Of a stretch of DNA of 64,000 nucleotides, positions 9,641 through 21,400 are shown one piece after another. The notes beneath the pieces are model-generated. The model had not been told where the DNA came from. It searched no databases and was given only the letters and a program-made list of their open reading frames with translations. The position numbers and the translations under genes are program-made. Source of the DNA: a virus (Duplodnaviria > Caudoviricetes); the IMG/VR virus record IMGVR_UViG_3300037991_001277, positions 32,001 through 96,000 of that record, one strand, 5' to 3'. Numbering within the stretch: the first letter of the stretch is position 1; the number at the start of each line of letters is the position of its first letter.

Positions 9641-9915
9641 TTCGGGATTTCCTGAGTCGCAAAGTCATAGCGACACCTGCCGATTTAGAACTCTCTCTTG
9701 AGATGAAAGCATACATTGTAGCAAAGCATTATACAATTTCAATAAAAGAGGTACATGAGATGACTCCACAGCAATTCTATCAATCCTATACTTGGGCGAT
9801 GATTGCTCGTGAAGAAGAGGAAAAAGCAAACAAAAGAGCAACACAATCAGCGAAAAATGGTAGTCGAGAAACAGTGTCTCTTGACTATGATTTCCTAAAT
9901 AGGGAGGATTTCTGA
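9637..9915 (+). CDS. tail assembly chaperone C-terminal part (gpT-like)
   Basis: -1 frame overlap with the previous ORF; SIKEVHEMTPQQF motif; abuts the tape measure gene. Confidence 0.55.
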   Translation: MIRDFLSRKVIATPADLELSLEMKAYIVAKHYTISIKEVHEMTPQQFYQSYTWAMIAREEEEKANKRATQSAKNGSRETVSLDYDFLNREDF

Positions 9916-11228
9916 TGGTAGCACTGGCTGGCTTAACCGTAGCCCTTACTGGGTTATCGACTGGTGCTGGTGTAGTATCAGGTATCTTTGGTGCTCTTGG
10001 TGGTATATTTGGTAGTGCAATTTCAGCAATAACTGGTGCTTTTGCTGGTGCTGTTACACTCATAAAAGAGGGGTTTCAAGTTGTCAAAGATTGGTTTAAT
10101 GAAAATATCATGCCAATTTTCCAAGCACTTTGGGAGTATTCTGAGCCTATTATAATGACAATAGGGCAGTTCATAATGGACACGCTTGGCCTTGCGTTTG
10201 ATACATTAAAGGTAGCATGGGAGATTTTCGTGCTTGCGATGGATTTATTGTGGCAAGAAGTAATAGTACCGTTATGGAATCTAGTTGGCCCAATTATCGA
10301 AGGCGGTCTTGTTGTATTAGGTATCTTATGGGATGTTCTTGTTAAAGGAATGAAATTAGCATGGGATAATTTGATTGTGCCTCTTTGGAACTTAGTGGGT
10401 ATTCCTATCACGGCTGGCTTAACTGCGATTGGTTTACTTTGGGATGCGATTATGGCTGGTATGGCCTTGGCTTGGAATAATATTACAGTTCCTTTATGGA
10501 ATCTAGTTGGCCCACCAATAGAGGATGGTATAAAGGCAGTCGGTGCAGGGTGGGATTTACTCGTAGATGGTATGAAAGCAATTTGGGGTGTTACAGTTGT
10601 ACCACTTTGGAATCTAGTTGGTGGGCCAATGATTGCTGGTATGGAGGTTATCAAAGCATTTTGGAATGTACTCGTAAGCGGTATGAAATTAGTTTGGGAT
10701 AATACTCTTGGTGCTCTATGGGATGCAGCAGGGCCGGGTATAATGCAGGGTATAGAAAATCTGAAGGTTGTTTGGGATGCTATGGTAACAGTGCTTGAAT
10801 GGACTTGGGATAATATTCTATCACCTGTATTTGACGCATTTGCCTATGCACTAGATTTAGTATGGGATGCTATACAGCCGATTCTCGATGCAATTGAAAA
10901 GGTGATGGAATATGGCGGCAAAATCATTGATGCTGGTTTAGAAATGATGGGATTCGCTGACGGTGGTATAGCAACTGGGCCTGAGTCGGGTTACCCAGTA
11001 ATGTTACACGGAACAGAAGCAGTTGTTCCTCTACCGGATGGTCGTTCTATTCCTGTAGAAATGAAAGGTGGTGGAGGCGGAGGCGGTAACACCTACAATA
11101 TTACAATCAATCCATCAGGCATGACAGACAGAACTGACAAGCGTGAGTTCGCAAGAAAGATGAGCAACGCCATCCAGCAAGAGATTGCTCGTGCAAGCGG
11201 TGGTTCAACAATGAGGTCGGGTAGATGA
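9915..11228 (+). CDS. tail tape measure protein
   Basis: Trp-periodic 37-aa repeats (PLWNLVG every 111 bp at 10269, 10380, 10491, 10602); C-terminal FADGGI..GP..GYPVMLHGTEAVVPL motif. Confidence 0.85.
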   Translation: MVALAGLTVALTGLSTGAGVVSGIFGALGGIFGSAISAITGAFAGAVTLIKEGFQVVKDWFNENIMPIFQALWEYSEPIIMTIGQFIMDTLGLAFDTLKVAWEIFVLAMDLLWQEVIVPLWNLVGPIIEGGLVVLGILWDVLVKGMKLAWDNLIVPLWNLVGIPITAGLTAIGLLWDAIMAGMALAWNNITVPLWNLVGPPIEDGIKAVGAGWDLLVDGMKAIWGVTVVPLWNLVGGPMIAGMEVIKAFWNVLVSGMKLVWDNTLGALWDAAGPGIMQGIENLKVVWDAMVTVLEWTWDNILSPVFDAFAYALDLVWDAIQPILDAIEKVMEYGGKIIDAGLEMMGFADGGIATGPESGYPVMLHGTEAVVPLPDGRSIPVEMKGGGGGGGNTYNITINPSGMTDRTDKREFARKMSNAIQQEIARASGGSTMRSGR

Positions 11229-12466
11229 GTGACGGATATGGTACACCTATTCGCCTCCACTTTGACGGTGGAGTAGGTCACAAAATAGGTCTTGGTGACA
11301 AACCTTTTCCTCCTATGGAACTTCAAGCACTCTCTATTGCTCTTAGCGTAGAGCGTAAAGTTGGTGGTATGCCTATACCGCTATTCGGAGGGTCAAGAAT
11401 AGGTATTGATTTGAACATGGTTAATTCTACAATTGTTATTGAGGGTATTTTTACAGACGATGATGTAAACAGACGCTCATCACCTGCTACTGCTGCTACC
11501 AGTGTAATTGATTTTGCAGTTAATCAAGCAGAAACTTCTAGCATTGGTAAGTTCGTACAAGTAGCAAACTCAATTTTTTTCAGCAATTTAGAAAAACTAG
11601 AGTTAAAGGAAAAGCAATCTGCTGATAGTAGCGTCACTGTAGTAAAGACTATTCATTTTGTGCCTGATAACAGTAAGGACTTTTCAAACCCCGGTGTTTC
11701 AAATGTTGTAACAGACACTAATTCTCCATCCGGTACAAAAGTATACACTCATTCTTCATCAACAACACCAGCACATATCGCTGCTTCTGTCGTGACAGCA
11801 TTAGGAGCAAGTCATCTAAACTCAACAATCACTGGCTCTGTATCAACATCTGAGTTTGCACCTGCTGCTGGTAGTTCAAAACTTACACTTACACAAGGCG
11901 TTAATGGTGCGATGTTAGTTAATGATAGCGTAAAATGGTTTGTAGATGCTGACAACTATGCTCCATATCACCGACCATTCAGTGGAGGCTCAAGCGCAAC
12001 TGATTTGAACAATAAATCGGCTGGAGATAAAGTGCAAGACTTGTATGGTATCTTACACAATACAGACAGAGGCACTGCTGCTTTAGTCGCTGGCTTAGCA
12101 GTTGGTGTGGCAACTGGCGGTGTTGGTTTAGCCGTTGGTGCTGTAGCAGGTGGTGTTTTAGGTTTTGATGGTTTATTTAATGGTGATTATCCTATTGGTT
12201 TACAAATACCTTACAACTCAATGATTACTGCTGATGATGGTAAAAAATATAGTGTCCGTAACTTTATGATTCAGACTGGTCTTTTTGTAGATACAAATGA
12301 AAAAATAGCATCGGGTAATACAAAGTCAGCAAATGTAGATTTTAGTACAACAGATGAAACCACTGGTATTCAAGGTACAATACAGAAGTTTGATGTTGGG
12401 TACAATGCTGGTGAGCAACACTATACATTCCAAATGGTCTTTGCTCCGATTGACATGATTATTTGA
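11225..12466 (+). CDS. putative distal tail / baseplate protein
   Basis: Follows the tape measure gene; beta-rich; contains a Gly-rich hydrophobic segment. Confidence 0.5.
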   Translation: MSDGYGTPIRLHFDGGVGHKIGLGDKPFPPMELQALSIALSVERKVGGMPIPLFGGSRIGIDLNMVNSTIVIEGIFTDDDVNRRSSPATAATSVIDFAVNQAETSSIGKFVQVANSIFFSNLEKLELKEKQSADSSVTVVKTIHFVPDNSKDFSNPGVSNVVTDTNSPSGTKVYTHSSSTTPAHIAASVVTALGASHLNSTITGSVSTSEFAPAAGSSKLTLTQGVNGAMLVNDSVKWFVDADNYAPYHRPFSGGSSATDLNNKSAGDKVQDLYGILHNTDRGTAALVAGLAVGVATGGVGLAVGAVAGGVLGFDGLFNGDYPIGLQIPYNSMITADDGKKYSVRNFMIQTGLFVDTNEKIASGNTKSANVDFSTTDETTGIQGTIQKFDVGYNAGEQHYTFQMVFAPIDMII

Positions 12467-12475
12467 GGTGATAAA

Positions 12476-15400
12476 ATGCCAATTATGCTTCAATCTAATC
12501 ACGCTTTATTTTTTGACGGAGTAAGCGACAGCGTGATTATTCCTCAAGGTAATTTTAGCAAGTTAGGGCAAGATTACGATAAAGAGACAGCCATCACTAG
12601 AAGAAGTTCTGAAGAAATTGTATCTCATTCATCAGGGCGAGGTATAATTGCTGATGCGTTAGGCAGTGGGCTTGCTATTGAAGCATGGGTTATACCTGAC
12701 TGCGGTGGTGTGATTTTGATGAAAGACGGTCAGTTTAGGCTAAGCATGGGTACTGTCGATACACCCGGCCCAATTGAGTTTGAAGCCAATCTTACATCTT
12801 CTTCTATTGGTGATTTCAAAGTTTTACTTCGTAGTGCTCAACCTGAAACAAATGGCTACGATGGTCATGTTTACCCAGTTACAACATTTGGTGGTTTAGA
12901 TGACTCATACAATCGTTTTGATAGTGGTAAAGATAAAGCAACATCGTTAAGCAAAAATCAAAGACCGTTATACCACATTGTTGCGTGTATTAATCAAAGT
13001 AATGCTGAAATCTATGTAAATGGTGATTTAGTTGCTAATCAAAATATTCCTGTTGGTAGTGCTTTGAAAAGTAAAAACTCTCATGTTTACATTGGAGGAA
13101 AAGGCGGTGAGTTTAGAGGTGTAATTGAGGGTATTCATGTCTCTTCTTCATTTAGTAATGAAATGACAACTCGTAATCCTTCTATGGTAAGTGAGAAAAC
13201 CATATCGTTATTTAGATTTGAAGAACCTATTTCACCACTAGATACTGTTTACACTATTAGCAGTATAGATTCTACATACAGTGATTCGGGGGGTGGAACT
13301 CCGTTTACTGAAAATGACCTTACTGCCATCACCATACCCACTGCTGATGCTCAGTCTTTGGCTAATGCTTTGACTGGTAAAACAATTACAGACACTTATG
13401 TTGATTTTACAATCTCTCCATACTCAACTGGTGACTATTCTGTTATTGACAGATACAGCACTCCCGGCACGACTACTAATCATCTTGTTCCTCATGTTCC
13501 TTACAATCTTCTTATTAATCCCGGCTCGATAAATCAAAACTCAAAGAAGCCAAACGGTAAACCACCTGAGCGTGTACGACTCCATCGTATCAATATTTCA
13601 TCAGGTGAATTATTAGTATCAAGCATTCATTTAGATTTCAAAAATACAACAAATACCAATGGGTTGCGACCTATTCTTCATTCTACTCACACTTCTGCTA
13701 ATGGAGCAAACTCGTTTGTTGTTATTTCAGCAGATTGTTTAATTGAAAATGGTACAGGTCGCCCATATCAACCACCGCATCTTGCTACTCAGTTGATTGA
13801 TAGAGCAGGTCAAATGTTGATTGATGAAGGTGAGTATGAGCAACACGCTATGGTATATTCAAGCCGTATGTCTACAACCGCTGTTGATACTGATAATCCA
13901 TTTGCTGTAGCATGGCCTACAGATTTAGACGAAAGTTTTCAGATAGGTCACTCAGGTCGCCATATTCTAAATCATATTGAAGGACATTCATATCTTAGAA
14001 TGATGCCTCGTGCTAACGAGGAAAACCTAGACCAACAGGCTGGTAATTCAGACATTCTTACACTGATGTACGATGCTGCTACAAAAGGCATTGACAAAAT
14101 GTTCCCTATTAATTCTCAAGTTGATTATTACAAAGACACAGCAGCGTTTGAAATCAAAACAGTTGTGAACTCAAGTGCGCCACATGAAGTAGTATCAAAT
14201 GGTCTAGCAGGGGCTAATAGAACTTTGATAGCAATTGGTGGTTCTAAGACTGGTGCTCGTAACTTTAACCCACTACCGTTTGTTTTGAAAGGGCCAGTTC
14301 CGTCAGACTTAGATAATATTGATAGTAATGTTCGTAAGTTCCATCTACACCCTTCAAGAAATAGCCGTGTTGCTCTATTACATGTACCCACTCTTGCTTC
14401 TCGTGGCTTAGCACCATATGTAGAAGTACACTACAACGCAATTGATTTTACAGGCGCATCAATGAATAAAACCGCACCAATGTTAATGGTCGAAAAAACT
14501 GTACCTGCTTCAAATTATGAAGTAGCAAGTGGGGTATATGTTTACGATGACATAGCCACAGATGTTGCTGCTGGAACTGCCACACTTTACTCCCCCGGTG
14601 GTTACATTGATGTTGGTAAATCAAAAGAAGGAAACTTAGGCTCTATTAATTTCTCTCATTCTCTAGTTGGGGATAATAGCGAAGGATTTGAGGCTGATGT
14701 TGAATTAGACGAGAGACTCACACCTGCTAATTTTACAGCAACAACCACTAATGGTAATACTACTCCTCAAAGTCTTACTGCGTCTCATACAACAAAGGCT
14801 CAGCACGACTCTGTTTTCCATCGCATACTTATTGAAAGAGTGCAAAACGCTGACGCTTTAGAAATTACATCTGAGTTTAATCGTATGACTCCTCATACTG
14901 TTCACGGTAGCCCAAGTGCTGGTCAATTTGATATTGGTGTAACTTCTTCTGCCTCTGCTATACATGAAATGTTTGACATTATTGACAATGTAGAAATCAC
15001 AACTCTAGTTGGAGTTACACATCGCTTCTTTATTCAACCATCTGATAGAACTAGAACTAATCAATTACAGTACATTTACTCAACAGGGGATAGACCTGAC
15101 TCTAGTAACATAGCCGTTGTAATGTTCCTTATGGGTCGCTCAAAATTGCGTGGTGTTGAGCAGATAGAAGGTGATGAAGGGCGTTTCACAGTGGTAAACT
15201 GCGTAGGTCTTTCTGATGTAGCAGCGACTCGTAGTATCAATGAGTTAGGCTCAGGTAGCCCTGACTCTCATGTTGTCAAAGAGATAGACCCTAACGCACC
15301 AGTTGTGAGTGTAACGCTAGGAGGAGTAGGTCAAGGAGCATATGATACAAAGCCATCGTTTGACAGAAGCACACTAGCGCATTTACCTTACAGTAGCAGA

Positions 15401-18400
15401 AGAGGTTTCTCTTGTCTTGCTACTAAAGTAAGAGTTGATTTGAGTTCAAGTAATGAAACTCAGTTCATAGAAGTGTCTCCTCTAAACAATGAGTCGCCTG
15501 ATTTAGCAAGTTGGGGTACATACCCATTCCCTAAAGTTGGGAGAATATATCTGAAGAACGGAGCGAATGCGGAGTATCAGAGTAAGAACGGCTCTTGCTT
15601 TTTGTTTACGGATTCTACTATTGCTACCCGAAGATTCCTATTACCAAATGGTAACGCAGTTGCTACATTCCAAGACTGGGTAGTTGGTAGTGGATTGCGT
15701 AAAGATGCTGGAACTTTAACAGGCACTCAGTCTCAAGATTTCCCGCTTGGTGAAATTATTATGGGAGACGGGCATTTCTTTGTCGAAAACTTGCAGTCAG
15801 ATGGTACAACTGTTAATGACAGAATGTTCCAATCTATGGATAATATATCGCATGACTATCAACTTGGAACTCAATTTGCTTCTACTCGTGCGCTAGTAGA
15901 GATTCCTTTGTTTAGAGGGCAATTCTTTGTAGATAGATTCCGTAACAGTTACCCAAGCCCTGACAACTCTTTGAAACTACATATCGACCCTACTATGACA
16001 GCGCATACATGGAATCCATCTCCAGTTGGTCGTAGATACCAAGATATGCCTCCTTCTGATAGAAGTGCATACGGAGCATTCGCAAAGAGTATACTTAGTA
16101 ATCAGCGAAATAATCAGTCTAACATTACTAATTTTGAGATACTTACTTCTACTTATCGAATCTATGTAAGCAATCCTAAAATGTACCCAGCAGGTGATAC
16201 ATCATCTAACAAATATTTCAATGTAGACGATGTACTGCTCTACCGTAGAGTATTTTTACCATCGGGTGAATGGGCTATCTATTCTAATAACCCAGCGGCA
16301 GATGGTTACATAGAAATTGTAAAAGAAGAATCCTATGTATCTGAAGCATTTGTAGGAGAAGTGGTAATAGGATTGCCATTACTAATGGGTAATGCTTACG
16401 ATTCCCAAGTGTTAGTACCACTGAAAGGAGATTCTCTTAATGCTGCTGCTGACTTTGAAAACAGAGGTGAACATTACTACGATGCTGCTAGTGTAAAAAC
16501 ACAAGGCGGCAATATTGACTATGGTTTACGACAGTATGTGAGCGCAGTAGAGTTCAAAGCAGGGCCACTGTCAAATCCTCACGCAGCAAAGATTCAATCT
16601 AAGCGTGCAGCGGGAACTATTCTGAGTGTAGAGCCTATTATGAATGGGTCTGTTTACACTGGGTTTGCTCATCTTATTATGAGTCAAGAAGATGTAGATA
16701 AGTTCCCGACTATTGAAAGGCAACCTAATGCGATAAACGCTGATTATGAATGGGAAATGGGTCAAGCGCACTATAGTTTAGAAATCGGTGCTAATACATT
16801 TGTTTACTTTGGAGAAGGTAACAAAAACAAAAGTACGCTGGTTACCAGCGGTACAACTCCTACTGATTCTCTTGATACACTTTCAAGCATTATAGTAATG
16901 ACAAAAGAAAACAACTCAATTCCATCTTATCTTGACAACGACACTCTGAAAGGAGAAGTTGCCACGCTTACTAAATATGGATATGATGTTTTCTTTTCAA
17001 GTGACAAGTACAACACATTATTGGATAATACAGTAAATATGTCACACACTGGTAGACCACTTCATTATTCAGCACCTTGGGAAGTTACTGGGTTGGGTGG
17101 TTCGGATGATGAACTGGGTCTAGCCATAGGTAAAAGCGAAATACTTCAATCAAACACTTTTCATCTAAATGTCCAACATGAGGACTGGCTTTATGCTGAG
17201 CATCATAAGGATGGAGAAGTAGTCAAAGTCACACTACTAGGACAAGTTGATTACATAGACGAAAGTATAATTGTCCATAATCCAGTTACTCTCCCACAGG
17301 CTGCTGGAATAGTTCATCTCAAATCAGCAGTACCTACTGCTAACAAAACCAGTCTGAACGCTATGATAGGAGCAGCGGCTCTTTCTGCTACAGAGTTTGT
17401 TTACCTTAGAACTGGTTGTCATTCAATGATGGTAAATGATGAGGAGGCTTGTCTAAACAGAACTTGGCTATTCCCTTACGCTCAAGGTGGTCTGCGTAGA
17501 GGAGATACAATATGGATGAATATGACTTACAATAACCCCCATGCTGTTCAAGGAATGTTTGCTAAAAGCCGTGGTGTACTGAATGAAGCACTTGTTTGGA
17601 AAGGCTTCAACGGTGGTTTAGGTTTGATGGCGGCTGAGCCTCGTGATTCTATACCACTTGAAAACTTCTTAATTGGAGACAGTTGTATTGATACTGCTCG
17701 TAATTTTGTTCAGCATGTGAATAAAACAATTGAGTTAAATTACACTAACCTTGGTATTGGTAACCCACCAACAGTTGCTTACCTCGACCCATACTTAGCA
17801 ACAGAAGGACACGCTCGTGTATTATTATACGATGTAGCGCATGACCGTGAGTTCATAGCATTCCAAGATATACATATGCAAGTTCAAACATCTCAAAAGG
17901 CTGCTGAAATTGGCTTTGAAAGACTATCTACCTCTCAAAATGTAGCCGATGGAACTGATGAAGTTGATTTGAGTTTTTATTCTATCAAGTATAATGGTGG
18001 TGGTCAAAATCCATTTATCACTCAAGTAGATGTTGCTAATGGTTATCCTTCTCAAAATAAATACATCAGAGCGTATCAACATTCTAATTTTATGGAAAGT
18101 GCTTATGCTCATAATATTGCTAACAGTATGGCAAGTGAAATGCTAGACCCCGTAAAGGGTATTGTTACAAGAGTAGCAGCATTACGGGGGCAAACAGCAT
18201 TCAACAAACAAAATGGTACTGGTTACCCATCAGGTACGACTACTAATGTGGCTACAACTGCCATAAATACTACAGGCACTGGATTAACTGTAGATATTAC
18301 TACAACAGGAGGTCAAATTACTACTATTGCTGTTAATAATCCCGGTAGCGGCTATTTAACTTCAAGAAGTGGCGGTAGCGGCTTTGAGTCAAAAGTAAGA

Positions 18401-21400
18401 ATTAGCGGTGGAGATAACAATGCTGTTTTCAAAGTATTCACAACAAACACATCTTTGATTAACACATTAACTACCATGACTCAGAGTATGATTTATGGTA
18501 AAGCCCACGGTCATTTCGTACATACAGGTTTCCACACTGGTGGGCCACTAGCAAGAGAGCGCACTCTTGGTGATAGTATTACATCAAGAACAAACAATGC
18601 AACAGTTACAATATACCACGCAAATAAAGAGCATAAAAAGACAAGAAAATTATTTTCATCAAATGATATTCTAGTCAAGGCTTTAATGCAGCATCGAATA
18701 AAGAAAGGTAAAACATTGACTTTGAAGGCAGGTGGGTCTACTTACAACAATGGTACTTTCTTTAATGTAAGAACAACATCTGATGGTAAAGGAAAAGGAA
18801 TGACTGTTGATGTTACAATATCAAGTAATGCAGTGGCTACAGCCACAGTAAGAAGGCATGGTAACAGTCTATACAAAGATGGAGATACAATTTTCATTGA
18901 GGATAGAAGAGTCAATGATTTACCATCAGCAGCACCACCTGTTGTGGCCGGTGATGGTAAAGGTAGTTTTACACTAAACCTTAACAATACTAACGATGAA
19001 ACATCTACTCTCTTTGATACACCGGATGGAACTCGTGTAATCCCAGCATTCCTTGCATTAAAGGGGATTAGGTCTGAGGCTCTTGATTTATCTAACATGA
19101 ATGAAACAAGATTACAACATTTGCCTCAATGGACTCAAATGGATTTCACAAGAAGAATGACTATCGACTTAGGAGAAGTTGCTGTTAAAGATGGTATTAC
19201 TAATGTCGAAGCAGCGGCAACTGAAGTAGTTCGTATGATTAATCAGGCTGCTGCTAAGAAAGGGCGCACTCACAGCGATAATAACAACAAACAATATCCC
19301 GTAAAAGTTGCTGGTGAGGCTGATTTTGCTACAACTGGTTCTACTCACGACCCTGCTGTATGGTGGGATGAGGACAAAGCGTTTGAGTCTCACGACAAAG
19401 GAACTCATATGGGTTACATTCGTGCTCACCTTGGTAGGGTTGTGAAAAATATAGATGGTAGCGAAGAAGGATTTTCAATAATTATCCACAGCACTGTACC
19501 GGGTGCTACTGGTCGTAATTTCTGTGTATGGCTCGACAATAGTAAGGGGCAAATACCTTACAGACCTGAGTTTATGATAGGTCACGGAGGTAGATTCAGA
19601 ACATTTTGGTGTATGCCTGATGAAATAAGTGGGGAAAATATGCACCCAGCACCAATGCCGCTAAATAAACACGGTAGACCTTTTGCTCCTATTACTTCTT
19701 TACGACAGTACACACAGCCCGATGAGTCAATGCAAGCAGTAGCATCGAAGGGAGAGTTTTCCAACAATCACGATGAAACTACAACACCAAAATTGCGTGC
19801 TGTATCAGCATATAGTGGTAGTGGTCAAAATCATAATACACTCAATACCGAGTCTGTTGAAATAGAAGGATTCAACACATCGTTTACTGAAGGACTAAGA
19901 GTAGGTACTAATGCTGTAGCAAGAGTAAACTTTGGTGGTCTTGTAGCGGCTGGTATTCCGGGCTTTGCTCCTGATGCGGGTAAGTGGGGATTCGGTAGAA
20001 AAGGAGATAATAGATTTGCTAATGATTATGGCCTACTAACAACAGTAAGTAACACAGACCCGGCTTCTACATACACAGGTCATGTGCCTACACCTGATAC
20101 ATTCCCTGAAAACATAGGAGACACCAATCTCTATGGGCTACGCCTTCAAGACCATAGAGGAGTAAGTCACGGACTGCGTTACATTTACAAAAATATGGAT
20201 GATGAGTTTGCTTTAGATAACACAATCTTACCAAAAACTTTGGATAACGAAGTTGCCATCTATTTCAATCACAAAGACTGCTCTCAGGGCGGCTTTACAA
20301 TTGGGAGACATATGCATGGTATAAGTGACCCAACTGGTAGATTCCCTGCTATACCTGATAATGCTAATTTAGCAAATTGGAGAGGTAACTACTGGAGAGG
20401 AACACCTGCACCAAACGCTTCTTACAACACAAATGTAGTTTACAGCGCAGCAAATCAAACAATTACTGTCACTCTCTATGCTCCATATGACGCTTGTGAC
20501 CATCACGACATTTTAGGCTATATGGGATTCCCCGCTGAGAATGGTGTCATACATTTATCTGACCCATTTAATCACATGGGTATAGCCACTATAACCGCTG
20601 GTGGTTCAGGATATACAGCAAATCAAACAGGTGCAGATGCCATAGGAGTAGGCGGTAGTGGCGATGGGATGACTTTGAGTATCAATACAAATAGTAGTAA
20701 TGCAGTCACAAGTGTTACTATTACATCCCTTGGTGAAGGTGGTTACATTAACGGAGATACAATTAGCGTAAGTGGTATAGGAGGTACTAACGCTCAGTTT
20801 ACGCTAGGAGAATCTATCAATGGTAACTGGGGTAATATGTTCTCCTATACTCATCGAACAAGGAATGATAAAACCGGCACTCATGTTTTCCACGGTGTTG
20901 TTGGTGATACATATGTTTCAAGACATAAACATCACTCTTCGTCTACTATCAGTGCTCCAGTCTTTGAGGCTGGTGATTATGTTGTAGGCGAAACAACCGA
21001 ATCTACATCAGCACTTATCACACCAGTTGCTAATTGGACTACACTGATAACAGATGAATTAATGGCTGCTGTGACTGCTTTTGCTATCAACTTAGACAAT
21101 CCTAACAAACAAGAAGGACACTTCTTTGATTGCACAGAAATGTATGCTGCTGACGGTAGAACATTTGCTGAATGGGGTATTACTGAAGAGTCAATTAAAA
21201 TTAAGGCTTACAATACAAAAAATGACATAGAACCCATATCTAACTTCTTTACAGCAAGTTTATCCCAAGATATAGGTATTAGAGCCAGTCATATTGAATA
21301 TGGTGAAGTTGAGAGTTTGAAACTTGACGATGAAGGCGTATCTATAGGAGGTACTGGAGATAGACCAGTGACTAATGATTTGATAGATAATGGGCGTAGC

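Noticed and set aside
10076-10654. 192-aa antisense ORF, and similar shadows such as 33602-34228
   Set aside because: Mirror frames of repetitive real genes, with no RBS or operon fit.
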